From the NCBI RefSeq assembly GCF_006345805.1, contig NC_043002.1, positions 112,778,001 to 112,842,000 on the forward strand: 64,000 nucleotides of DNA, read 5' to 3'. The position numbers and the translations under genes are program-made. Shown here one piece after another: positions 11,911 through 23,489 of the stretch (positions are counted from its first letter, which is position 1; each line of letters starts with the position of its first letter). The notes under the pieces are model-generated. The model saw nothing but the letters and a program-made list of their open reading frames with translations. It searched no databases and was not told the DNA's origin. Origin of the DNA: Octopus sinensis (lineage: Eukaryota).

Positions 11911-12085
11911 ATTATTTACATTATTTACATTTGGCGGATATTTGTCCTCATCTTTTTTATTGTTAACACAACGTTTCGGTTGATATACCCTCCAGCCTTC
12001 ATCAGGTGTCTTGGGGAAATTTCGAACCTGGGTTCTCATTCTTAAGGTGTTTTTCTTATTATTCAGGTCACTGCCTGGAATCGAA
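11911..12085 (-). mobile_element. Penelope-like (pLTR-type) short repeat carrying a hammerhead ribozyme
   Basis: Contains the hammerhead core (next feature); an inverted partial copy lies at 12871-12972. Confidence 0.7.
11965..12010 (-). ncRNA. Minimal type I hammerhead ribozyme motif
   Basis: Minus strand GACAC-CUGAUGA-A-GGCUG-gagggUaUaU-CAACC-GAA-ACGU-U-GUGUU: CUGANGA and GAAA core boxes, stem I GACAC/GUGUU, stem II GGCUG/CAACC (1 mismatch), palindromic ACGU stem III, GUU cleavage triplet. Confidence 0.75.
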
Positions 12086-12090
12086 TAATA

Positions 12091-12144
<54 letters not shown>

Positions 12145-12223
12145 TGATGATGATGATGATGATGATGGTGATGATGGTGATGATGATGAGGATGATGATG
12201 ATAATAATAATAATAATATAATA

Positions 12224-12280
<57 letters not shown>
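12086..12280. repeat. (TAA)n-(TGA)n-(TAA)n microsatellite
   Basis: Direct reading. Confidence 0.95.
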
Positions 12281-12282
<2 letters not shown>

Positions 12283-12809
12283 GCCCTGATGCAGTACCAG
12301 GCAGTGGCTCTCATGGCTTCTGATCTTAACTGATTGGAAGTGTTATCATGTACATTGTTTTGTCTTGGTATAAAAGATGGGCTACAGCAAATATTCTGCT
12401 CAATACCACAGATTTGCTCGTCAGTTGTTTGACCTTAACCAGTTGAGCATGTCCCTTAGTGGCTGACGATATGTGCATCTCTGATCACGAGCAGAAGTAG
12501 TGGGGGAGCATCATAGCCATTGTTGAGAGGGATTCTTTGGGGTTTGAATAGTTCACCTTTAGAAACATGGCTGGTTCGTTCAACATCCTTAAACAATCCT
12601 TACTCAGTGACTTTTTGAGCAGGATGGGCTACTCGACCAGAAGAAAATTCTAACTGCCCCCCCCCCACCTGCAAGGTCATGTCGCGCACATATGGTTGTG
12701 ATGCATGTGCCTAGCGTACTCTTATCAGACGGGTAGTCATGATGGGTATACTGGGCTTCGTATATTTTACATTAGTGTCACTTTGATGGCATGCACTGCT
12801 CTCTCACTC
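12281..12809. mobile_element. ~530-bp non-coding interspersed repeat inserted in (TAA)n
   Basis: Flanked by (TAA)n on both sides; diverged relative at ~8.2 kb; no ORF; class and orientation not determined. Confidence 0.6.
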
Positions 12810-12870
<61 letters not shown>

Positions 12871-12972
12871 GCAACTTCGAAAAATACCTTAGGAATTAGA
12901 ATCCAGGTTCGAAATTTCCCCCAAGACACTTGATGAGGAAAAATATCCGTCAAATGTAAATAACGTAAATAA
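12871..12972 (+). mobile_element. Inverted second copy of the Penelope-like repeat with the ribozyme deleted
   Basis: GAAAAATACCTTAGGAAT.AGAA.CCAGGTTCGAAATTTCCCCAAGACAC-TGATGA joined directly to GGAAAAATATCCGTCAAATGTAAATAA. Confidence 0.7.
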
Positions 12973-13255
12973 TATAAATAATCCCTAATCTCTTAAACAT
13001 AGAACTGTAAAAGCGAATTGTTCGAGAACCGAAACATTTTTTCCCATTACAATTAATGTAAAAGAGATTAATTCTTTTCCAGGCATCAGATGAATGCTTA
13101 TTTACATGCTTACACTATATATTTTAGTATAAACACGTTTAATCAAACTGTAAATAACACAGAAAAGAGTGTTATTTCTTAGAAAGGGAGTCCCCTTCCA
13201 TAAAAACTCCTGGTATCTGTCTTTCGGGGCTTCTTCTCTTCTCTGTCTCTTTGGC

Positions 13256-14300
13256 TCAGGTAAATCTTTCTCTGAGGTTTCTTTCCTTTTTTTCTTTCAG
13301 TAAAAACCTATCAAATGTCAGTTGTTTTTGACTGCGTTGTAAAATGTTTCTAAAATGAAACATGACATTATCATTGAAAAGGTTTACTGCTCTATTTGCA
13401 ACCACAAAACTTTGCACATCACCCCATTTAGCACAAATTTCTTTGATTAAAGAACTTGGGACAGCCTCCTTTCTTTCCTTCTTCTCAGAAGCCATTTCCT
13501 CAGCCAAAGTCTTTCGCTGTTCATTTTGAAGGTGCACGAGCGCTTCGGTGGTAAGCTCAGCACTGTGATCTTCCACCAGTTCTTCCCTGTCGACATCCAA
13601 ACCCCTAGTTTTTCCCAGAGACAATATCATCAACAATAGCAATTTCCTCGACAGCAGTAGTACTTGTAGCTGTCTCAAACCCCTCAAAGTCTCGTCCTGG
13701 TACACAGTCTGGCCAAAGTTTCCTCCATGCTGAATTCATAGCTCTGTAACTCACTTGGTTCTATGCATTATCAATAAGATTAACAGAATTCAGGATATTG
13801 AAATGATTTTTCCGAAATTCTCTGAGAATTAACTGAGTGTCATTAGTGGCTTGAAAACACCTTCAAAACAGAGCTTTTGTGTAAAGTTTCTTAAAGTCTG
13901 CAATGACCTGTTGGTCCATTGGTTGTATTAAAAGAGCTGTGTTAGGTAGCAGGTATTTGACCTGAATAAAATAAAACTCTTCAACTAAGTCATGCTCCAA
14001 ACCTGGAGGGTGAGCGGGAGCATTGTCTAACACGAGAAGGCATTTTAGTGGCAAGCATTTTTTTTTTCTTTTTGCAGATATTTAACACTCAGGGCAAAAA
14101 TTTTATGAATCCACTCAATAAATAATTGTCTGGTTACCTAAGCCCGCCACACATCAGATACTCTTCATAACATTGTTTCTTTTAAAATCCCTCGGATTAT
14201 CGGAATGGTAAACAAACAATGGCTTGACCTTGAAATCGTCACTTGCGTTGCCGCATATACTTGGATTGTGAACAACTTCTGCATCTGGTTTCATAAAATA
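13256..14300 (-). pseudogene. Tigger/pogo-family DDE transposase remnant
   Basis: GNASDDFKVKPLFVYHS.NPR, CLLVLDNAPAHP, PNT..LIQPMDQQVI (DDE_1 domain) and the C-terminal LGK..GL.VD..EELVEDH..ELTTE..NRAVNLFNDNVM.HFR; stops and frameshifts. Confidence 0.9.
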
Positions 14301-15417
14301 TTCAACAGTTGGTAGTGAGAATGGTTGCTGAAGCCAAGTTTACCACCAAAAAAAATAGTATAATGAAGTAGAAATATATAATTTAAAATTTCAAATGATT
14401 AAATATTTCGTTATAGAATACCAATGGACATGGTCAAGTTTATTCTAGAAAAATTTAGCATTCTTATTTAATAAAAAAAAAACTTAGTAGAAAACTTTAG
14501 TATCGATGACTTTAATAAATCTTTTATGTAAAGAGCTATTGAAATCATTTATTAAAACATAAACTGATTAATATAAGTCAAGATAATCACGTCTTATATT
14601 TCCGAGAAAGTTTTTTTTTTTCAGATATGAGGTTTAACGCACGTCCTAATATTTCGCCATTTTGAGCATGAAGGTTTCTATCTTACAGGAAAACAAAATT
14701 AATTGAATGATTTACTATTAGATGCTTTCAAATCCATATCGCAAACATTGTAATATTCACACCAGCCATCTTTTTTAGACGCTGTTGTTGTTCTTGTTAC
14801 TTTTTCCCGAATATACTGTTAATGATGGATTGCCAACAAGTTGAAAGGAAAAACAAATAGCATTACAACAAAGAATGAAAACAAAACTTTTTTTTATTGA
14901 TAATGATTTAAGAGAAATGCACGTGTTTAATTTGCCACGCGAATATCGCTGTGATAAACACAGACAACTGGAAAGACGTTTTAATGCTGTTCATAACATT
15001 TTCGCAACACAGTTCCATCCAAATTCGGAAATGAGAAAAACTAAAAACAAAAGAGTCAATTTCAAGTTTAGAAATGAAACAGTCGTTTCTAAGTCTCATT
15101 TTCTAAATCTTTTACCGCTCTTTTCGGATATTTCATATAATTACAACAACAAATTCAACAAATTTACAAGAAGTGATTGATGTAGTGTTTAAAATGGTGG
15201 ATTTCATAGGAGCCACTGCATTAGTTCAACTTTTGAAGCCTACACCTAAAATCAAATTATTATTATTGTTTTTTTTTTTTATTTGATTTGCAAGATTCTT
15301 TATGTGAATTCGTGTTTGGAAACAAATTTTGTCGTGTCTTGGGAGCGTCATTACGCCAATATTAATAACACACGCACTGGTTCAAATCCACTCCTTTATT
15401 ATTAGTCAATTAGTTAA

Positions 15418-16033
15418 GGCGGCGAGCTGGCAGAAATGTTAGCACGCCGGGTGAAGTGCTTAGCCGTATTTCGAATTTCTTTTATTTCTTTAACTTGTTT
15501 CAGTCATTTGACTGCGGCCATGCTGGAGCACCGCCTTTAGTCGAGCAACTCAACCGCGAGACTTATTCATTGTAAGACCAGTACTTATTCTATCGGTCTC
15601 TTTGGCCGAACCGCTAAGTGATGGGGACATAAACACACCAGCATCGGTTGTCAAGCAATGCTAGGGGGACAAACACAAACATATACGCACACGCACATAT
15701 ATATATACATATATAAGACGGGCTTCTTTCAGTTTCCATCTACCAAATCCACTCACAAGGCTTTGGTTGGCTTGAGGCTATAGTAGAAGACACTTGCCCA
15801 AGGTGCCATGCAGTGGGACTGAACCCGGAACCATGCGGTTGGTAAACAAGCTATTTACCACACAGCCACTCCTGCACCTATGTCTACGTTCTGAGTTCAA
15901 ATTTGGCCGAGATCGACTTTTCCCTTCATCCTTTTCGGGGTCGATAAATTAAGTATCAGTTGCGTACTGGGGTCCATTTAATCGACTGGTCCCCTCCCCA
16001 AAAATTTCGGGCCTTGTACCAAGATTAGAAACG
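15418..16033 (+). mobile_element. SINE family 2 (tail B) interrupted by SINE family 1
   Basis: GGCGGCGAGCTGGCAG head; 20-bp TSD ATTATTAGTCAATTAGTTAA at 15398-15417 and 16034-16053. Confidence 0.85.
15479..15880 (-). mobile_element. SINE family 1 nested in SINE family 2
   Basis: Full-length copy. Confidence 0.9.
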
Positions 16034-16133
16034 ATTATTAGTCAATTAGTTAAATCGTTAAATTAATCGATCGTTTGTTTAACTTGTTGGTTAAACAGTC
16101 AGTCGTGTGTTTCGTTTGGTTTTTCGTCAAACC

Positions 16134-16404
16134 AGGCGCAGGAGTGGCTGTGTGGTAAGTAGCTTGCTAACCAACCACATGGTTCCGGGTTCAGTCCCAC
16201 TGCGTGGCATCTTGTGCAATTGTCTTCTGCTATACCAATGCCTTGTGAGTGGATTTGGTAGACGGAAACTGAAAGAAGTCTGTCGTATATATGTATATAT
16301 ATATATGTGTGTGTGTGTTTGTGCGATTTGCTCGACTAAAGGCGGTGCTCCAGCATGGCCGCAGTCAAATGACTGAAACAAGTAAAAGAGAGTAAAAGAG
16401 TAAA
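16134..16404 (+). mobile_element. SINE family 1, internally deleted
   Basis: Head, microsatellite and tail present; middle missing. Confidence 0.85.
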
Positions 16405-16829
16405 GTATTTTCGTTGACATCTGCAAACTTTTCAGTGACTTCACTCTTAGTCTGTTACGGAGGCCACGTTTATAACAGAAAAACTCAGAACCTGATCAAC
16501 GCAGAAAAGCTCATCAACAACGGAAATAGAAAAACCCGACTTGACGTCCCTTCACAATTCTGAAAGAACTGCCAGAAGAGCTATTTTTAACTATGTTTGT
16601 GTGAAAATCAACGGGTGTTTAATATTTCGTACATCCAGGTCGAAAAATGCTCAATGACTGACTTCGACTTTATAACTCAAAGAAGTTATATGGTTTTATG
16701 AACGTGAGATTCCTCACAGATGTCCTGGCATATTCATATTTTTTTTTTTGTATTTGGTTTGCAAGATTCTTTATGTGAATTCGTGTTTGGAAACAAATTT
16801 TGTCATTCAGTGATGCAGTGCAAACACAA

Positions 16830-18420
16830 GAATCTAATTTTCTTCTCCTTGAAATAACAGATGTGCCAACAGAAGTAGGCATCTCGTAGGGGGTGATATG
16901 TATTGTAACCGAAGATTCAAATACGCTGCCTGATACTGAGAAAAAAACGAAAAGAAGATTGGTTAGGGAATGAGTTGAAGATTTTGATCGAGGTGAAGCC
17001 GAGAACAATGGATAAGATCCCCGATCTTATTGAGTTGCTGAACGTGGTACAAATTTAGGTCATGTTCAAAGGCAGAAAACCGAGATGCCACAATTGTGGA
17101 AACAACTCTCATTTAAAATCCCTCTGCAAAAGGGTGATGAAAGAAGGCCTGCACAATTACCTATTTCTTTATTACCCACAAGGAGCTAAACACAGAGGGG
17201 GCAAACAAGGACAGACAAAGGTATTAAGTCGATTACATCGACCCCAGTGCGTAACTGGTACTTAATTTATCGACCCCGAAAGGATGAAAGGCAAAGTCGA
17301 CCTTGGCGGAATTTGAACTCACAACGTAACGGCAGACGAAATACCGCTAAGCATTTCGCCCGGCGTGCTAACGTTTCTGCCAGCTCGCCTGCACAATTAC
17401 CAGCATCACAACCCCACTACCAACGGCAGCAATCAGTAAAACCAACAATACCAACAAAAACACAAGTACCAATAACAACAACAGCAGCAAAAATCAACCA
17501 CAGCAAAGACACTAGCAACAGTTGCGAGGGACACGAGCAGCGCAAAACAGGAATTACAAACTCCACATCATCCACCCGCTATGGGTAGAAGGGGTCTTTC
17601 ATCCGCATGTCTATCAATTCAGAGAATCAGTCACATACAAATCAATCTATTATTTCTGATTATAGCCAAGGGGTTTGCGAAACAGATTAGCTCATAGCGT
17701 TAATGATCTCGTCGGAGAAGTGGAAAAGTATACGATCCTGAACAGGTTCGCCCACAACGTCCACTTTATGCAATACATCACAGAGAGGGATGGGAACAAA
17801 ACTGGGCTCAGCGAGCTCCTGGTTAACTTGGATTAGCTGCAGGCTTTCGATAGGGTCGATCAGCGTTACATGCACGCCGTCTTAAAATCGATGCGTTCGA
17901 AGTTGTTTTCAGAAGCTGAATTGCTGCAATGAACAGCGGTGCCTGCTCGGTAGTTAAAGTAAACGGCCACCTCTAAGAACCTTTACGCATTGAAATCTGG
18001 TTACGTCAGAGCTGCCCCCTCTCGCCTCTCCTCTACGTGCTTGCTCTCGAGCTACTGTAATGGAAGGCGGAAGAGTTGATGGACATCCCTCTCGGACTGG
18101 AATCTAGGAAGACCGTGTCGGCATACGCGGACGACATCACTATCATGGCGATGGATACCTCCGAAGAGGGGACAGTTGGCCCCATATGAGACGGTGGAAG
18201 GAGCCATGTTTAAAACGACACACAAATCGTTAGGTTTGCGGCTGGATATCAGGAGAGACAGGTTCATGCCGCTAGACGTCGTCGTCGTCGGAGGCTGTAC
18301 TGACGGACCGGTTAAATTGCTCGGGGTCTGCTTCAGTCCCAACCTCCAAGTGGGTAATAACTGGGACAAGGTGACGATCAGCGTGGTCAGTCTTAACCAG
18401 AGATAGAAAGCACAGAAAGC
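16830..18420 (+). pseudogene. Decayed, internally deleted Tx1/L1-clade element related to the 39-61 kb family
   Basis: ORF1-like ITDVPTEV..DWLGNELKILIEVKPRTMDKIPDLIEL..KGRKPRCHNCGNNSHLKSLC aligns with ORF1 at 43294-44916; RT-like LAHSVNDLVG..LD*LQAFDRVD..RQSCPLSPLLYV..SAYADDITI..GP.KLLGV aligns with ORF2; many stops. Confidence 0.85.
17162..17389 (-). mobile_element. SINE family 2 (tail A) inserted in the decayed Tx1 ORF1
   Basis: Full head to tail; TSD (G)CCTGCACAATTACC at 17147-17161 and 17387-17401. Confidence 0.9.
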
Positions 18421-18741
18421 AACGTTTAACTGAGATAGTATTTTCAGGACTGGTCAATAATTACAGCCAACAATGTAACATGTTACACCGTTGAGTGCAA
18501 AACTATCAAACGTTCACCTATCATCTACACGTCGAATTTGCTTTCTAATTTATGTTTTACTCTATCTATATATGCATATGTATGCGTGCGCGCGCGCGTG
18601 TGTGTGTGTGTGTGTATGCATGCGCGCGTATTCATACGAGGTCTGATCAATAACTATCTGGACTGTTGCCATAGTAACGAAGCTAAAGCACGAAGAGTAA
18701 AGCCGCTAGGCAAATATTGTCCTTGAATTCTGTTGTGCATA

Positions 18742-19146
18742 CTCTTTTACTCTTTTACTTGTTTCAGTCATTTGACTGCGACCATGCTGGAGCACCGCCT
18801 TTAGTCGAGCAACTCGACCCCGGGACTTATTCTTTTTGTAAGCCCAGTACTTATTCTATGGGTCTCTTTTTGCCGAACCGCTAAGTGACGGGGACGTAAA
18901 CACACCAGCATCGGTTGTCAAGCAATGCTAGGGGAACAAACACACAAACACACACACATACATATATATATATACATATATACGATAGGCTTCTTTCAGT
19001 TTCCGTCTACCAAATCCACTCACAAGGCATTGGTCGGTCCGGGGCTATAGCAGAAGACACTTGCCCAAGATGCCACGCAGTGGGACTGAACCCGCAATCA
19101 TGTGGTTGGTTAGTAAGCTACTTATCACACAGCCACTCCTGCGCCT
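18742..19146 (-). mobile_element. SINE family 1
   Basis: Full copy; probable TSD TGCATACT. Confidence 0.9.
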
Positions 19147-19675
19147 ACATGCATACTAAGTTTTCAACTTCTAGCTCACATCCACTGCTTACAGCAGTGC
19201 TTGGAAGGAACGTGTTTAGCGTGTTATCGTCGCATTGATTATGAAAGAGAAAGTTGCCAAGGCAATACTCGTTCAGGGGCCTGCGCAAATTTGCTGAAAG
19301 TGTATGGAGAGGAGTGTATGAGCCGCACACACGTGTACAAGTGGTTTAGACGTTTCGTATATAGCCGGGAAAATGTTGATATTGACGAACGTTCTGGGAG
19401 AACCGCAACCAACAGAACTGAGGAAAACATCACATTACTGCGTGCAGCTATGAGGGGAAATCGTCGAATCACCATCCGTGAGTTATCAGAGAATGTGCAG
19501 ATTAGTTACGGTCTAGTTCAGTCCGTTATCACTGAAGATTTGGATATGAGACGCGTGTCTGCCAAGTTTGTGCCAAAACTGCTTTCAGCTGACCATAAGG
19601 ACACTCGGGTTTCAGTCGCACAAGATCACCAAGACTGTGTCGAGAACGATGAAAAATTTTTGAAAACTTTGCATA

Positions 19676-20090
19676 AGGCGCAGGAGTGGCTGTGTGGTAA
19701 GTAGCTTGCTAACCAACCACATGGTTCCGGGTTCAGTCCCACTGCGTGGCATCTTGGGCAAGTGTCTTCTGCTATAGCCCCGGGCCGATCAATGCCTTGT
19801 GAGTGGATTTGGTAGACGGAAACTGAAAGAAGCCTGTCGTATATATGTATATATATATATGTGTGTATATGTGTTTGTGTGTCTGTGTTTGTTCCCCTTG
19901 CATTGATTGACAACCGATGCTGGTGTGTTTACATCCAGGTCACTTAGCGGTTCGGCAAAAGAGACCGATAGAATAAGTACTGGGCTTACAAAGAATAAGT
20001 CCCGGGGTCGATTTGCTCGACTAAAGGCGGTGCTCCAGCATGGCCGCAGTCAAATGACTGAAACAAGTAAAAGAGTAAAAGAGAGAGAGT
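19676..20090 (+). mobile_element. SINE family 1
   Basis: Full copy. Confidence 0.9.
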
Positions 20091-20361
20091 AAGTCTCTAA
20101 GCAGGCATCGCGAAGCCTTTGGCAAAATTTGAGGCAGATTCTCTGTTCATCTTTCTCTGCTACACACGTTATTTCCAAGCACCGTTTGTAAACAGTGAAA
20201 GTGAGACAGAGCGTTAAAGCTTCGTGCGCATGCACAGCAGAGTTAAGATCAATCCGTACCAAGCAGCGTCATTCTGCGTGCCTTAACTTCGTTACTATGG
20301 CAACAGTCCGCATACTTATTGATCAGATCACGTATATGTATGTGTATGTGTATGTATATAT

Positions 20362-20594
20362 ATATTTCTTTACTACCCACAAGGGGCTAAACATAGATGG
20401 GGACAAACAAGGACAGACAAAGGGATTAAGTTGATTACATCGACCCCAGTGCGAAACTGGTACTTAATTTATCGACCCCGAAAGAATGAAAGGCAAAGTC
20501 GACCTCGGCGGAATTTGAACTCAGAATGTAACGACAGACGAAATACGGCTAAGCATTTCGCCCGGCGTGCTAACGTTTCTGCCAGCTCGCCGCC
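20362..20594 (-). mobile_element. SINE family 2 (tail A)
   Basis: Full copy ending in ..CCCTTGTGGGTAGTAAAGAAAT. Confidence 0.9.
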
Positions 20595-20896
20595 CTATTA
20601 TATGTATATTATATGTGTATGTATATATATATGTGTATGTGTGTGTTTGTGTGTGTGCATGCATTTATGTGCGTGTATGTGTGTGTGTTTGTGTGTGTGT
20701 GTGTGCGTGCATGCATGCATGTGTATACATGGATGCACATATATCTGTTCTTTACTTGTTTATGGGCATCGCTTGGTGACAAAATTGTTACGTTTACACT
20801 CATTCTTTATTGTCTTCAGTGGATAACGAATAAATTTGTTTATATGTGGTATGAACGTGTGTGATTTAATGAGAATACTTGTTACATAGATGAACG

Positions 20897-20929
<33 letters not shown>

Positions 20930-21271
20930 TTGCATATGGATATTTATCACCAGAAATGGATTAAATTACTCCTGTGTGTCTTGTGTCTTCTTGTTTTATA
21001 CGCTGTTAAAATAATACCAGATCGAAGCGCTTTCTATCATATTTCTCTATTATAAGTGCTTTTTGGTAATGATACCACATTTGTGGATAATAAGATTTGA
21101 TTCCTTAACGAAAGAGTTCTCGTATATTTTATAAAAACGGTTTTGACCAAGTGTGCATTTTTCAGTGCTTTGAAAATGGTTTGTATTTTATATTTTTCTT
21201 ACATACCTGTAAACTTTCATGTTTTACGAATCGGGCAGCGATATTCAGTAATATCTCCTTAGTATGTGTTA

Positions 21272-21669
21272 TCTTTATATATAAAAGTGAGGTTGTGTGC
21301 TGTCTGTCTCCTACGATTTAGATTCCTAACTACTCCCACATTTTGCGGTGCAGTTTAACCAAAACCGGGTGTCTTATAGTCGTGATTCATATCGAGCCCT
21401 TCTGGGTATTAGCGCGCGTCTACGATGAGTCTACGATTAAAAAAAAAAAATTACCATCAATTTTTCCCATTTTTAATGCATTTTTGGCATATATAAGGGA
21501 AGTAACTCTCTAAAAATGTATTATTAAATCTCAGAACGTAAAAAGCTACAGTAACCCTCCCCCCTTTGTGGTTAGCCATATTGAGATGGCTATTATACTT
21601 TACATCTCTAAAAATGCTTATATAGTTATTTCCCTTACAAACCCGAGCAACGCCGGGCGATACTGCTAG
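21272..21669 (+). mobile_element. Non-autonomous Helitron
   Basis: A|TC...CCCGAGCAACGCCGGG..CTAG|T; same ends as 1633-2029. Confidence 0.85.
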
Positions 21670-21714
21670 TATTATATAAAAGTTTCTTCCCTTCCCCAAC
21701 TGTATTACTCTTCT

Positions 21715-22110
21715 ACTACTGGATCATTTCAATTCAGAGATTCTAAGTTCCCATTCGCCTATGCTTCGCAAATTTAAACAACTCCCAAGGTCAGACGTTG
21801 GAGATATCAGAATTTCAATTGAAAATCTTGCTTCTCTCATTTTTTATGTTAACACATTGGAAGGCAGAAGGTTTTTGTATGCCTGTACTCAAGGTGGGAA
21901 CTCGAAGAACATTGTTTATCAGGAAGCTTTTCATTGAAAAGTCTTTTTTATATTTTTGTCAGGGGTAATTATTTTTTCCTTTTTTTTTTTTTCCTTTTCT
22001 TTAAATGGGTGTCTCTGTTTTCAGTAAAATTTATCTCGTTTCATTTTCAAGACATGAAACACCATGAGAGCCGTCTATTTCCCCGAAAATGCCGAACAGG
22101 CATTTCTAAT
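21715..22110 (+). pseudogene. 3' remnant of an autonomous Helitron (PIF1-type helicase C-terminus)
   Basis: Frameshifted FQFR..KFPIRLCFA..NNSQGQTL and ..SKNIVYQEAF*, typical of the RepHel C-terminus; degenerate terminal hairpin near 22085-22110. Confidence 0.6.
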
Positions 22111-22144
22111 TATTTTGTTATTGTTTTCATTCAACGAGTTTTGG

Positions 22145-22997
22145 ATAAGCTAGGGGCTACATACATACGCACATATACACATGGGAGCATGCATACATGC
22201 ATGCATATATGCATACATACATGCGTACATGCATACATACATACATACATACATATATACATACATACATACATACATGCATGCATGCATGCATACATAC
22301 ATACATACATACATACATGCATACATATATATATACATACATACATACATGCATACATGCATACATGCATGCATACATGCATACATACATACATGCATGC
22401 ATACATACATACATGCATACATACATACATACATGCATGCATACATACATACATACATGCATGCATGCATACATACCTACATGCATACATACATACATAC
22501 ATACATACAACATACATACATACATACATACATACATACAAACGTACATACATACATACATACATACACACATTCATACATACACACATTCATACATGCG
22601 TACATATGCACATACATACATACATACATGCATGCATGCATACATATAACATACATACATACATACATACATACATACATACATACAAACGTACATACAT
22701 ACATACATACATACATACACACATTCATACATACACACATTCATACATGCGTACATATGCACATACATACATACATACATGCATGCATGCATACATATAT
22801 ACATACATACATACATACGTACATACATACATACATACATACATACGTACATACATACATACATACATACATACATACACACACACACATACATACATAC
22901 ATACATACATACATACATACATACATACAAACATACATACATACGTACATACATACATACATACATACATACATACATACGTACATACATACATACA

Positions 22998-23028
<31 letters not shown>

Positions 23029-23201
23029 GTACGTACGTACGTACGTATATACCTACATACATACATACATACATACATACGTACGTACGTACGTATATAC
23101 ATACATACATACATACATACATACATACATACATACATACATACGTACGTATATACATACATACATACATACATACATACATACATACATACATACATAC
23201 A

Positions 23202-23234
<33 letters not shown>

Positions 23235-23250
23235 GCATTCGTATATAAGT
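22145..23250. repeat. ~1.1 kb degenerate (TACA)n tetranucleotide array
   Basis: Direct reading; variant units TGCA, CGTA, CATT. Confidence 0.95.
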
Positions 23251-23489
23251 ACCTACTTGGGTAAATGCATACGTATTGTTGATGAATTCAATTGTCCAAA
23301 ATAATATAAACTTCTCATCGCAAATCAGCGACAACGAAATCTTTATAAAGATTTTCTCTTACACAGTCCACTGCCGTTACCAATAAGTTCCTTTGTATTT
23401 CAAGTCGTTGGTACGTAGGTAGGTAACACAAATGCGTAACTAAATATTTAAGCAATATTCTTAAAAAATAAAAGGACTTCCTGTGTATT

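Larger units (their letters stand above)
18637..20332. mobile_element. Mariner (DD34D-type) derivative bounded by TIRs, with two SINE insertions
   Basis: TIR CGAGGTCTGATCAATAA..GGACTGTTGCCATAGTAACGAAG at both ends with TA TSD; + strand transposase N-half VYGEECMSRTHVYKWFRRF..RSGR..RRVSAKFVPKLLS (19240-19670). Confidence 0.85.

Noticed and set aside
14625-14673. Strong + strand acceptor (T11-CAG)
   Set aside because: All three frames stop before the next plausible donor.
15282-16803. 50-nt direct repeat (TTTGCAAGATTCTTTATGTGAATTCGTGTTTGGAAACAAATTTTGTC) 1.47 kb apart
   Set aside because: Both copies follow poly-T and look like fragments of a dispersed repeat; the sequence between does not form a single element.
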